Source: Tegunavirus sp. BRC001
Direction: 5' to 3' (one strand)
Length of the DNA: 24,000 bases
Sequence record: OZ038340.1
Shown: in pieces, positions 1 to 8,064 of the stretch
Position numbering within the stretch: position 1 is the first letter of the stretch
How the letters are laid out: every line of letters begins with the position of its first letter
Notes under the pieces: generated by a model
The model's database searches: none
What the model was told of the DNA's origin: nothing
What the model saw: the letters and a program-made list of their open reading frames with translations, nothing else
Made by a program: the position numbers and the translations under genes

Positions 1-438
1 ACTTTAGCTGAAATTAAGCAAGAGCTTGAACAAGAAAAGGCTGAACAATTTGGCAATCTTGAACAACGTGCAATTGAAAGCGATCCTCTCTGGCTTCTAG
101 ATGAAAATGGGGAGCCTATTCCAGAACGTGTAGAATCTGCAGCAAAAATGATTATTCGAAGACAGATATGCCAAATTTTACGTAAACAAAAAAGTACAGC
201 TGAAGAGCTAGAGTTCTATCGCAAATTCTTTAAACAAACGATTTATGGAGTACCGGTTGAATTGCCTATCAACAATCGGTATTTGATTAATTTACAAAAA
301 TCTGATGCTTTGCGAATCTTGCTTAAAGAAGGATTTGTTAAAATGAAACGTAGACGCGGACGAACTATTTCACGAAGTCGTTTCAATTTTGGTTGGAAGC
401 CTTGTGGTACATATCAAACATACTTGGTCATCAGGTAA
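1..438 (+). CDS. Hypothetical protein, 5'-truncated by the window edge
   Basis: The track ORF starts at 148, but the same frame is open back to base 1 (TLAEIKQELEQEKAEQFGNLEQRAIESDPLWLLDENGEPIPERVESAAKMII...), so 148 is probably an internal Met. Confidence 0.75.
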   Translation, partial: TLAEIKQELEQEKAEQFGNLEQRAIESDPLWLLDENGEPIPERVESAAKMIIRRQICQILRKQKSTAEELEFYRKFFKQTIYGVPVELPINNRYLINLQKSDALRILLKEGFVKMKRRRGRTISRSRFNFGWKPCGTYQTYLVIR

Positions 439-444
439 GCCAAA

Positions 445-663
445 ATGAAAGCATTCAAGGTTGAACGAACTATATTTGCAATAATTGCAGCACTAATTTC
501 ACTATTTGGCGCATTTGGTGTTTTATCAATTGCTCATAAAATTTACACCACTATAGGCGCTCAATTTCCTGCAGATACTGCATTTGCAATTTACTGCATA
601 AGCGCCTTTGTACTTAGTTGGATTGTTACACGTATTTTTGAAGATTATAAAGGTGATGTTTAA
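445..663 (+). CDS. Small membrane protein, two predicted TM segments
   Basis: 72 aa with hydrophobic stretches TIFAIIAALISLFGAFGVLSIA and TAFAIYCISAFVLSWIV; tightly spaced after the previous CDS. Confidence 0.6.
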   Translation: MKAFKVERTIFAIIAALISLFGAFGVLSIAHKIYTTIGAQFPADTAFAIYCISAFVLSWIVTRIFEDYKGDV

Positions 664-758
664 CAAGCATTTTTAAAGTTTTTTAATTTTATTTATATCC
701 TTTGATGTAAAGCACAGATTAGTAATTGATCTATTAATAAATATTTACGGAGACTATC

Positions 759-950
759 ATGTCACTAACATTAACCCAAGAACAAGTAGATTTCTTAGCA
801 ATTAGTATTGGAAATGCAAGAAGTTTGATGGATGCAGTACATGCGTATGACTCAGAAGAGTACCATGCACTAGGTGTTGCAAACAATATTCTTGATGGCT
901 TTTCAGTTCAAGAGGCAAAAGAAGTCTACAAGGAACAATACGATGACTAA
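759..950 (+). CDS. Small hypothetical protein
   Basis: 63 aa ORF preceded by ACGGAGAC about 8 nt upstream of the ATG. Confidence 0.6.
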   Translation: MSLTLTQEQVDFLAISIGNARSLMDAVHAYDSEEYHALGVANNILDGFSVQEAKEVYKEQYDD

Positions 951-1128
951 ACAAAAAGGCAAAGTTACCGATAACTTCAAGAAAAATCCTAGAGCAACAT
1001 TAAGTTTTGCTGCGATTGCTTTAGCAGGCATAGCTGCAGTAGTTGGCGTTTTGACTGGATCCGTTGAACCAGAACAAGCGATGACATTAGTAACTAAATT
1101 ACTTAATGCGTTGATGCTAGGTGTTTAA
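943..1128 (+). CDS. Small hypothetical protein with one hydrophobic segment
   Basis: The track start at 874 lies deep in the previous gene. ATG at 943 (MTKQKGKVTDNFKKNPRATLSFAAIALAGIAAVVGVLTG...) gives the short overlap typical of this genome. Confidence 0.6.
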   Translation: MTKQKGKVTDNFKKNPRATLSFAAIALAGIAAVVGVLTGSVEPEQAMTLVTKLLNALMLGV

Positions 1129-1147
1129 CACATAACCCGAGGTAATC

Positions 1148-1591
1148 ATGATTAAACAATATGTAAATTACGATTTGCTTGATGCTTTTGAGCATAATGA
1201 CTTTGATGCAATAGTACATGGCTGCAACTGTTTTCATACAATGGGTGCAGGTATTGCTGGTGCTATTGCAAAAAGATTTCCTGTAGCTGTTGAAGCAGAC
1301 AAGAAAACTGAGTATGGCGATTGGAGCAAGCTCGGCGATGTGAGCATCGCCACAACTGTAAATGGCGATATTATTAATGCATATACTCAATATCGTCCTG
1401 GTAAATGCCCAACACATCAGCTATATGAAAATATACGTGCAGCATTCACGTTAATTAATAGCAAATATGCTGGCAAATCTTTAGGAATTCCTAAAATCGG
1501 AGCAGGTATTGCGGGTGGAAATTGGCAAGAAATTGCTGAGATCATCAATGACGTGACGCCAGATGTCAAAATTTATGTATTATACATATAA
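1148..1591 (+). CDS. Macro-domain (Appr-1''-p phosphatase / ADP-ribose-binding type) protein
   Basis: Motifs DAIVHGCNCFHTMGAGIAGAIAKRFP, GDVSIATTVNGDIINAYTQ and SLGIPKIGAGIAGGNW match the macro-domain ligand-binding loops. Confidence 0.82.
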   Translation: MIKQYVNYDLLDAFEHNDFDAIVHGCNCFHTMGAGIAGAIAKRFPVAVEADKKTEYGDWSKLGDVSIATTVNGDIINAYTQYRPGKCPTHQLYENIRAAFTLINSKYAGKSLGIPKIGAGIAGGNWQEIAEIINDVTPDVKIYVLYI

Positions 1592-1593
1592 CA

Positions 1594-1615
1594 AAAGGAG
1601 CTATTTGGCTCCTTT
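1594..1615. terminator. Intrinsic terminator, probably bidirectional
   Basis: AAAGGAGC-TATTTG-GCTCCTTT followed by ATTTTT on plus; on minus the hairpin is followed by TTTTGTT. Confidence 0.8.
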
Positions 1616-1722
1616 ATTTTTCTCTCAAGATACATCAAACAAATCTAATTTCGGCGCGAAGCGCCGGCTGCGCAGCTATACTTCTCCGACCAAATAGATA
1701 AATTTAGAGCGGTGAACCGGTA
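1594..1722 (-). ncRNA. Candidate small structured RNA, minus strand
   Basis: TATAAT on minus (1733..1728) with an upstream TTGCTTTA (1755..1748); GC-rich hairpins CGGCGC-TTC-GCGCCG and GCTGCGCAGC; runs into the terminator at 1594-1615; no ORF of note. Confidence 0.3.
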
Positions 1723-1809
1723 GAACCATTATAACATACAAATTTCGTAAAGCAAGTGGCTTATGCAAAATTAATCTATCCATATGATCATTTTTTAATC
1801 TCATAGATG

Positions 1810-1838
1810 TTTACTTTGGCAACAACATTTGATACTAT
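1810..1838 (+). promoter_or_regulatory. Early promoter
   Basis: TTTACT (1810-1815), 17-nt spacer, TACTAT (1833-1838), then N5 and TATCAA (1844-1849). Confidence 0.75.
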
Positions 1839-1867
1839 AGTTCTATCAAATAAATGAGCAAATTGTT

Positions 1868-1966
1868 ATGATTTACGTACTCTTTGTCATTTTAGTACTT
1901 TTTATTATTTTAGCATATCGATTCATTAATTATCGAGTTAAAAATAAATTTGGAGCCTTTAAATGA
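1868..1966 (+). CDS. 32-aa membrane peptide (not in ORF track)
   Basis: ATG at 1868 gives MIYVLFVILVLFIILAYRFINYRVKNKFGAFK. It lies directly downstream of the 1810 promoter, and its TGA overlaps the next ATG (ATGA). Confidence 0.5.
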   Translation: MIYVLFVILVLFIILAYRFINYRVKNKFGAFK

Positions 1967-2931
1967 TTTCATCACTTAAAATTGCTGAATGTTATGTAAA
2001 CAAAGCAAAAAATGCAAAGGCTCGCGGTATTAAATTTGACATGTCATTAATTGCTTTTGCGAATATCAAATGCCAAGAAGTTTGTGCATATTCTGGGCTA
2101 CCTTTTGATGATTCGCTAAATGGCTCTCTTTCTTTAGAACGTATTGATAATTCTATTGGCTATATCGACGGCAATGTAATTCCGGTACGCCGTGAATTCA
2201 ACACATTACGCGGTAATCTTACTCTTGATACTATACACGCTCGTATTGAACAGTTGAATTCAATTGTAATTTCTAAAGAAGCTAAAATTGTCCACCATCA
2301 AACAGCTATGGCATCAGAATTTACATTAGCCCGTCTGAAAGAGATTACATCTAGTTCACCTAAAGTATTTAACAAGCCTAAGCTCAACATTAAGCATTTG
2401 CCGCGTTGGAAAAAGTATGTAGATACTTTAGCAAATACACAACGTGCACTAGAATCACGTATGGCATTAATTGCTGAAACTGAACTATTAATTATAGGCA
2501 AGAAAGGTACACCACCAGGCAAAAATAAATTAAAGAATTTGCGCAAATTGCTAAATACTCATACTACTAAGGCTGATGCGTTAAAACTTGCTATCGATGG
2601 AGCAGAAAAGGCATTAGAAAAGTTTTATAAAAATTGTTGCAAGACTAGTGATGGTCAACCGTTGAATATTCAACTGCCAAAGATAGTAGTTGAAAAGCCA
2701 TCTAACATCTCATTTCATGTAGCCCAGATCGAACTTCTACGTCGAGAGATTAAAGAACATTCTACTGCAATTCTAAATTTAAAAACTATCATTGCTCCAG
2801 CGCTAATTAAATTCAGAGACCTATCCGATGCAAATAAAGAACGTATTCGCTTAGGATTACCTATCAGCACTACAACCTACGCTTTGCTAAAACATAAAGT
2901 AGGTTATAATTGTCTTATTTACAAGATTTGA
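1963..2931 (+). CDS. HNH-like putative endonuclease with a long C-terminal extension
   Basis: CQEVCAYSGLPF...GSLSLERIDNSIGYIDGNVIPVRREFNTLRGN resembles the SLERID-N-GY-NV-N HNH variant found in phage proteins. Confidence 0.5.
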   Translation: MISSLKIAECYVNKAKNAKARGIKFDMSLIAFANIKCQEVCAYSGLPFDDSLNGSLSLERIDNSIGYIDGNVIPVRREFNTLRGNLTLDTIHARIEQLNSIVISKEAKIVHHQTAMASEFTLARLKEITSSSPKVFNKPKLNIKHLPRWKKYVDTLANTQRALESRMALIAETELLIIGKKGTPPGKNKLKNLRKLLNTHTTKADALKLAIDGAEKALEKFYKNCCKTSDGQPLNIQLPKIVVEKPSNISFHVAQIELLRREIKEHSTAILNLKTIIAPALIKFRDLSDANKERIRLGLPISTTTYALLKHKVGYNCLIYKI

Positions 2932-2941
2932 GGAACCTGCT

Positions 2942-3307
2942 ATGGAAATCATGTTTTTAATATTTCTTCTGGTAGGCGTAGGTATTACATTGCTTCACTA
3001 TGTCAATGAATCCCAGGTAAATAAAGCAAAATTTAACAATTTGTGGGCGGAGTATGATGCATTAATTCATGTAAATCAGGCGATATCTAAAGAACATCAA
3101 CTCGTTGCAAAAGAACTTAAGCTCATCAAGGCAGAATACTTGCGACTGAAGAGTTCTAAACCTCAACAGCCCAATACAGAAATTACACACAATTTTACAA
3201 AATCTGAATTACAGCGTATTCGTTTTTCTGTGCACCCAGATAAGCACCAAGGCAAAACTGCGCAGTTATTCATCAAAGTCAATGATATGTTGGAGAAAAT
3301 GAAGTGA
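2942..3307 (+). CDS. Membrane-anchored J-domain-like (HPD motif) protein
   Basis: N-terminal TM (IMFLIFLLVGVGITLLHYV), coiled-coil-like middle, and C-terminal LQRIRFSVHPDKHQGKTAQLFIKVNDMLEKMK, which matches DnaJ helix II, HPD and helix III. Confidence 0.6.
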   Translation: MEIMFLIFLLVGVGITLLHYVNESQVNKAKFNNLWAEYDALIHVNQAISKEHQLVAKELKLIKAEYLRLKSSKPQQPNTEITHNFTKSELQRIRFSVHPDKHQGKTAQLFIKVNDMLEKMK

Positions 3308-3603
3308 TTGCAGGATATACTATTTTTTACAAAGACAAAGATGGATTTGAATTGCCTTTAACTGAATTGGGTGTTTTCAAAATCTATCCTAATGAACGAA
3401 CTGCGAAAACTGCGATGCAAGAACTTGCAGACAGTATTACAAATATTCTACATCCTATTAAAACATTTAAGGCAAAACGAACGTCATTTTTAGGAATCAA
3501 AGTAGTGGAAGAAGTTGAAGCGCCAAAATTGCCTGAATACGCACGAGATGAATTGACTCGACAATTGAAAACTATGTTTGTAAAACAAGTGAAAGTAGCT
3601 TAA
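3304..3603 (+). CDS. Hypothetical protein, GTG start
   Basis: 99 aa ORF. The GTG overlaps the TGA of the previous gene and has a GGAG upstream. Confidence 0.6.
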   Translation: MIAGYTIFYKDKDGFELPLTELGVFKIYPNERTAKTAMQELADSITNILHPIKTFKAKRTSFLGIKVVEEVEAPKLPEYARDELTRQLKTMFVKQVKVA

Positions 3604-3654
3604 TACTTTCAAGTTAATGTAATATAATTTTTAAAAGTTTTTAGGTCAAATATT

Positions 3655-5016
3655 ATGAATGATTTGAAATTGGAAGATTTAAATGAAGGCCAACGTGCTG
3701 CATTTGATGCGGTCATGAATGTCATTTCATCCAAATCTATGATGGCGACATCTTCACATGATGACGGCCCTTTACCACACATCACAATAAATGGGCCTGC
3801 TGGCACAGGTAAAACCACATTAACTAAGTTCCTTATTAGTCATTTAATTGCAAAAGGCGAAAAAGGCGTAATGCTTGCAGCTCCTACTCATCAAGCAAAG
3901 AAGGTACTATCAAACCTTTCAGGTATGGATGCTTCAACTATTCACTCATTGTTAAAAATTAACCCTACTACATATGAAGATTCTACTGTATTCCAACAGT
4001 CAGATACACCAGACTTATCAGAGTGTCGGGTGTTAATTTGCGATGAAGTCTCAATGTATGATCGCGAATTATTTCGGATTTTGATGGCATCTATTCCACC
4101 ATGGTGCACTGTCATTGGATTAGGCGATATTGCTCAGATTCGCCCAGTAGCTCCAAATAGCAATGTGCCTGAATTGTCAGCGTTCTTCTTCAATGACAAG
4201 TTTCAACAAGTTTCATTGACTGAAGTTATGCGTTCTAATGCACCGATCATTGAAGTAGCAACTGAAATTCGTCAAGGTAGTTGGATTCGTGAAAATATCC
4301 GAGACGGCAATGGTGTTCATTCAATGGTTAGACAAGGCGGTGGATCAGTAGCTGCGTTTTTAACAAAGTACTTTGAAATCGTCAAAGATCCTGATGACCT
4401 ATTCGATAATCGAATGTTAGCGTTTACAAACAAATCAGTAAATGATTTGAATAACATCATTCGTAAAAAGTTATATCAAACCACTGAGCCATATATCGTT
4501 AATGAAGTTCTTGTTATGCAAGAGCCACTAATTCGAAGTCACACATTCGAAGGCAAGACTTTTTCTGAAATCATTTTCAACAACGGTGAATTAGTCAGAA
4601 TTGTTAATTGTCGACGTAAAGATGTCAACTTGTTTATTAAAGGCTTTAAAGGTTCTGATTCTATTAATGTATGGGAACTTGAAATACGTGGTGTAGATTC
4701 TGTTGCAAGTGATGTGATACGTGTTATCCATGACGAACAAGAAATGAATAAATTCCAATACTTTATGTCGAAATCTGCAGGCGAATTTAAAAATGCACGT
4801 GATCGTCGTCCAAACTGGAAAGGGTGGTGGGATTTACGTAGTCAGTTCCATAAAGTCAAACCTTTGCCATGTGGCACTATTCACAAATCTCAAGGTTCTA
4901 CTTTAGATAACGTATTTTTATTTACGCCGTGTATTCATCGTGCTGATCCTGCGTTAGCTCAGCAATTATTATATGTTGGAGCAACACGTGCTAAAAACAA
5001 TGTGTATTTTGTTTAA
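3655..5016 (+). CDS. dda: Dda-type DNA helicase (SF1)
   Basis: Walker A ITINGPAGTGKTTLTKF; RVLICDEVSMYDRELFRILMASIPPWCTVIGLGD; LAQQLLYVGATR. Collinear with T4 Dda over its length. Confidence 0.96.
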   Translation: MNDLKLEDLNEGQRAAFDAVMNVISSKSMMATSSHDDGPLPHITINGPAGTGKTTLTKFLISHLIAKGEKGVMLAAPTHQAKKVLSNLSGMDASTIHSLLKINPTTYEDSTVFQQSDTPDLSECRVLICDEVSMYDRELFRILMASIPPWCTVIGLGDIAQIRPVAPNSNVPELSAFFFNDKFQQVSLTEVMRSNAPIIEVATEIRQGSWIRENIRDGNGVHSMVRQGGGSVAAFLTKYFEIVKDPDDLFDNRMLAFTNKSVNDLNNIIRKKLYQTTEPYIVNEVLVMQEPLIRSHTFEGKTFSEIIFNNGELVRIVNCRRKDVNLFIKGFKGSDSINVWELEIRGVDSVASDVIRVIHDEQEMNKFQYFMSKSAGEFKNARDRRPNWKGWWDLRSQFHKVKPLPCGTIHKSQGSTLDNVFLFTPCIHRADPALAQQLLYVGATRAKNNVYFV

Positions 5017-5019
5017 TGG

Positions 5020-5048
5020 TTTACTTTAGGATAGGCTTATGTTATAAT
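5020..5048 (+). promoter_or_regulatory. Early promoter
   Basis: TTTACT (5020-5025), N17, TATAAT (5043-5048), N5, TATCAA. Confidence 0.82.
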
Positions 5049-5073
5049 AGGCCTATCAACTGGGAGTTATGAA

Positions 5074-5322
5074 ATGAACCTACCATATGAAGCATTAGTC
5101 AGAATAATGGATCTTATTCGATGGGTAATCGATAATGGACGTGATCAAAACGATTTTACACGAAATGTATTTTATGCATATCAGCCGTTTTATAATCTTG
5201 GCGCGACGCTAGCATTTTGTGAGGACCAAGCTACTGTAACAATTCCATTTGCATTAGCGATGGATATTAACTCAGTAGTTCTCGCACATTCATTAGCATG
5301 GGAAACATACAATGACAATTGA
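5074..5322 (+). CDS. Hypothetical protein
   Basis: 82 aa ORF directly downstream of an early promoter. Confidence 0.65.
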   Translation: MNLPYEALVRIMDLIRWVIDNGRDQNDFTRNVFYAYQPFYNLGATLAFCEDQATVTIPFALAMDINSVVLAHSLAWETYNDN

Positions 5323-5632
5323 TGTAGTTTATATTAAGCCGAGCATCGCAATGCAATTACATGACATCGCTGATGAATTAGAACAATTTTTCATTGGGCA
5401 ATTTGGTATAAAGAAGTATCAAAGCAGCATGTATATTAGCATGGGAATTCGTGTCCATGATTGGATTGAACGTTTCAAACAATCAATGACAGAACGTGTT
5501 TCAGACATTAGTGTAATTAATGTTCTTATTAGTGAACCAATAGATGTTGTAATTACAACTCGACAGCTCCATGAATTGGCTGATCTTATTAAACGGCGTG
5601 CAATTATGGTGGAGAAACTAACAAATGTCTAA
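5312..5632 (+). CDS. Hypothetical protein
   Basis: 106 aa ORF overlapping its neighbours by a few bases, typical of translational coupling. Confidence 0.65.
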   Translation: MTIDVVYIKPSIAMQLHDIADELEQFFIGQFGIKKYQSSMYISMGIRVHDWIERFKQSMTERVSDISVINVLISEPIDVVITTRQLHELADLIKRRAIMVEKLTNV

Positions 5633-5975
5633 AACCATTAATATTCCAGTAGAACAAGCTAAAATTTTAACAGATTTGCTTAGACAAATTAATGTCGATT
5701 CGTTTGTGTCTGTATACAATCGCATGACAAAGGAAGAAAGAGCCGCTTTGACTGGGCGGTATATGGAAGTTCTTACTCAACCGTCGTTATCCTTTACGAT
5801 CAAAAATATTTGCAACGCATTTGATAATGAAGGCTTATCAACAGTCTCTTGGCTAAACGATTTATGTGAATATATTAGTGATGCTGCAATATCGGTGATC
5901 AAAATCGATTTATACACATTAAGGCTTACTAAACAACTTTTAGAAGATTGGAGAACTATCAATGGCGAAGTATAA
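5625..5975 (+). CDS. Hypothetical protein
   Basis: 116 aa ORF overlapping its neighbours at both ends. Confidence 0.65.
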   Translation: MSKTINIPVEQAKILTDLLRQINVDSFVSVYNRMTKEERAALTGRYMEVLTQPSLSFTIKNICNAFDNEGLSTVSWLNDLCEYISDAAISVIKIDLYTLRLTKQLLEDWRTINGEV

Positions 5976-6621
5976 TGACTTTATTATTGACTTGGAAACT
6001 TTAGGCAACAAACCTGATTGTATTGTTGTAGATTTATCAGTCTTGGTTTTCGACCCAGATCCTACTGTGGTACAATCATTAGACGAACTTATTGCAAATG
6101 GACGCCGGTTTAAATTAAACCTTCAATCTCAAAAGGGGATCAGAAGTACTACTCCTTCAACTGTTAAGTGGTGGTCTGAACAATCTCCTGAGGCTAAGAA
6201 AAACTTATTAGCTTCACCTGAAGATTTAACAGTAGAAGAAGCAATTACACAAGTTTTAGATTTTCTTAAAAAGAGTAACATCAATCAATGGAAATCTCAA
6301 GGCTGGTGTCGTGGAATGTCATTTGACTTCCCAATTTTTGTTGATATGATTCGCCAAGCATTTAAAACTAATGACACCGATAAACTCGAACCAATCAAGT
6401 TTCATTGTCAACGTGATATTCGAACTGCAATTGAGGCATATTCTCTTGTTCGTGGAATGACTAAGACTCCTCTTCGCAAAGGAGTTCTTGATGGATTCGT
6501 GCACCATGACTCAATCCATGATTGCGCAAAGGATGTAATTATGCTTAAGACTGCCCAGCGATATGCTCTTCAATTAGAAGATATGCCAGAAAAGGACGAT
6601 GTAGATCCACAAACAACTTAA
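5962..6621 (+). CDS. dexA: DexA-type exonuclease A (3'-5' DNA exonuclease)
   Basis: DFIIDLETLG, SQGWCRGMSFDFPIFVDMIR and LDGFVHHDSIHDCAKDVIMLK match T4 DexA and DEDD exonuclease motifs. Confidence 0.95.
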   Translation: MAKYNDFIIDLETLGNKPDCIVVDLSVLVFDPDPTVVQSLDELIANGRRFKLNLQSQKGIRSTTPSTVKWWSEQSPEAKKNLLASPEDLTVEEAITQVLDFLKKSNINQWKSQGWCRGMSFDFPIFVDMIRQAFKTNDTDKLEPIKFHCQRDIRTAIEAYSLVRGMTKTPLRKGVLDGFVHHDSIHDCAKDVIMLKTAQRYALQLEDMPEKDDVDPQTT

Positions 6622-6639
6622 TTTTTTTTGGCCTAAATG

Positions 6640-6668
6640 TTTACATCTAGGCCATTTGTTGTTATAAT
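6640..6668 (+). promoter_or_regulatory. Early promoter with -35 in a hairpin loop
   Basis: TTTACA (6640-6645), N17, TATAAT (6663-6668), N5, TATCAA. The -35 lies between GGCCTA (6630-6635) and TAGGCC (6648-6653). Confidence 0.82.
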
Positions 6669-6706
6669 AGTCATATCAAATCATTAATCAAATTGAGGAA
6701 ATTATC

Positions 6707-6949
6707 ATGTCAAACAAAGCTCTTATCGCAAAAATCAACAAAATGCCTAAACCTACAAACACGACTGCAATCTCTCGTGCAGAGTTTGATGCAATCCTCA
6801 CAAATCCTGAATTAACTGTAGTTGAAAAGCATTTTCACAATCATCTTGAAACCAATGTGGTTCTTTTCGTTATCAAAGACGATGAAATCGATTATGTTGC
6901 GGTAATGGAAGTTACTTCTGAAGGTACTCGAATTTACAAAGAGGTATAA
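6707..6949 (+). CDS. Hypothetical protein
   Basis: 80 aa ORF downstream of an early promoter. Confidence 0.65.
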   Translation: MSNKALIAKINKMPKPTNTTAISRAEFDAILTNPELTVVEKHFHNHLETNVVLFVIKDDEIDYVAVMEVTSEGTRIYKEV

Positions 6950-6951
6950 AA

Positions 6952-7443
6952 ATGAAAGGTTTCGAAAAGAACGTGTATTATCGTTTAATTAATGCAGCAG
7001 GTCTTCGTATGGAAGACATCGATTCAACTTTGCATTATGAACCATTGGCAAATTGGATTAATGATGAAGGCGGTGTAATGAAAGTCTTAGATGTTTCAGA
7101 GACAGGTAATGCACTAACTATTCGAGTTGGACAAACTACCGAGCCGTACTATATTCATTCATCTTGCTTGAAATACTTTGTGCCATTAGAACCTGTAGCT
7201 GTTGAATCTGCAATTATTCCGCCTGTTAAACCTGCAAAGTCAGAAGTTGTAGATAATATTATTCAGTTTCCACGTAAAGGCACGCTCATGATTGGTGATC
7301 CACCTACATCATGGGATCATCTGCGTCCACATATAACAAATGAAAAGAATCATGCGATAAAGGCCACTCAACCTCATGATTATAATCTGCCACTGCCAAC
7401 TTATAGTGCCACCATAGGAATGCATCCACGTATCTGTGCATAA
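6952..7443 (+). CDS. Hypothetical protein
   Basis: 163 aa ORF preceded by AAAGAGGTAT. Confidence 0.65.
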   Translation: MKGFEKNVYYRLINAAGLRMEDIDSTLHYEPLANWINDEGGVMKVLDVSETGNALTIRVGQTTEPYYIHSSCLKYFVPLEPVAVESAIIPPVKPAKSEVVDNIIQFPRKGTLMIGDPPTSWDHLRPHITNEKNHAIKATQPHDYNLPLPTYSATIGMHPRICA

Positions 7444-7446
7444 AGC

Positions 7447-7454
7447 TATAAATA
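7447..7454 (+). promoter_or_regulatory. T4-type late promoter
   Basis: Exact TATAAATA, about 23 nt upstream of the lysozyme ATG. Confidence 0.75.
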
Positions 7455-7476
7455 CTTTCTTTAAAGAGAAAGTATT
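7451..7476 (+). promoter_or_regulatory. Putative RBS-sequestering hairpin upstream of lysozyme
   Basis: Perfect 10-bp stem AATACTTTCT (7451-7460) / AGAAAGTATT (7467-7476), loop TTAAAG, abutting the ATG at 7477. Confidence 0.6.
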
Positions 7477-8040
7477 ATGGACGTTAAACCATTTTTTGAT
7501 GCTGCTCGTGAACTTGCGGGCGGCAGACTCACCCAAGCACAAGTTGATGAATTAAACAAAGTTGTTAATCGCCTAGTACCAGATGATGTAGATATTTCTG
7601 ATCTTGGTGTAGATTTGATTCGCCAATTTGAAGGCTTGAGAACTAGAGCTTATCAAGATAGTGTAGGCATTTGGACTATTGGCTATGGCACAATTAGATA
7701 CCCTAATGGTGTTGCAGTTAAGGCTGGAGATGTTTGCACAGAAGAACAGGCAAAGTCATATATGAAACATGATCTTCAAAAATTTGTTAAGGCGGTCAAT
7801 AAACTTGTAACTGTACCACTCAAACAAACTCAGTTTGATGCACTTGTATCATTAGTATACAATATTGGCGAAGGTGCATTTGCCGGCTCTACATTATTGA
7901 AGAAATTGAATTCTAAAGATTATGCTGGCGCTGCTGCACAGTTTTTAGTGTGGAACAAAGGACGAGTCAAAGGTAAATTGGAAGTTATTCCTGGGCTCAC
8001 TAATCGCCGCAAGAAAGAGAAAGCGTATTTTGAACAATAA
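7477..8040 (+). CDS. Endolysin, GH24 lysozyme, with an N-terminal extension
   Basis: FEGLRTRAYQDSVGIWTIGYGT gives the E-8aa-D-5aa-T catalytic signature; LVYNIGEGAFAGSTLLKKLN and GLTNRRKKE are typical of GH24. Confidence 0.92.
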   Translation: MDVKPFFDAARELAGGRLTQAQVDELNKVVNRLVPDDVDISDLGVDLIRQFEGLRTRAYQDSVGIWTIGYGTIRYPNGVAVKAGDVCTEEQAKSYMKHDLQKFVKAVNKLVTVPLKQTQFDALVSLVYNIGEGAFAGSTLLKKLNSKDYAGAAAQFLVWNKGRVKGKLEVIPGLTNRRKKEKAYFEQ

Positions 8041-8042
8041 TT

Positions 8043-8064
8043 AAAAGGAGCCATGGCTCCTTTT
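8043..8064 (+). terminator. Intrinsic terminator
   Basis: AAAAGGAGCC-AT-GGCTCCTTTT followed by GCTTTTT. Confidence 0.75.

Noticed and set aside
1103-1417. 104-codon minus-strand ORF opposite the macro-domain gene
   Set aside because: Overlaps a well-supported CDS, no RBS, Cys/Ile-rich shadow-like translation.
1700-1735. Possible tRNA D-arm-like sequence (AGAGCGGTGAACCGGTAGAACC)
   Set aside because: No acceptor stem, anticodon arm or T-arm could be placed on either strand.
3600-3628. Possible promoter before dda (TATAAT at 3623-3628)
   Set aside because: The -35 position (TTAATA) is weak, there is no TATCAA element, and no MotA box is at the right distance, so it is not called.
5030-5057. 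Inverted repeat GATAGGC...GCCTATC around the -10 of the 5020 promoter
   Set aside because: 7-bp arms with a 14-nt loop and no U-tract; may be coincidental, and I could not support a terminator or operator call.
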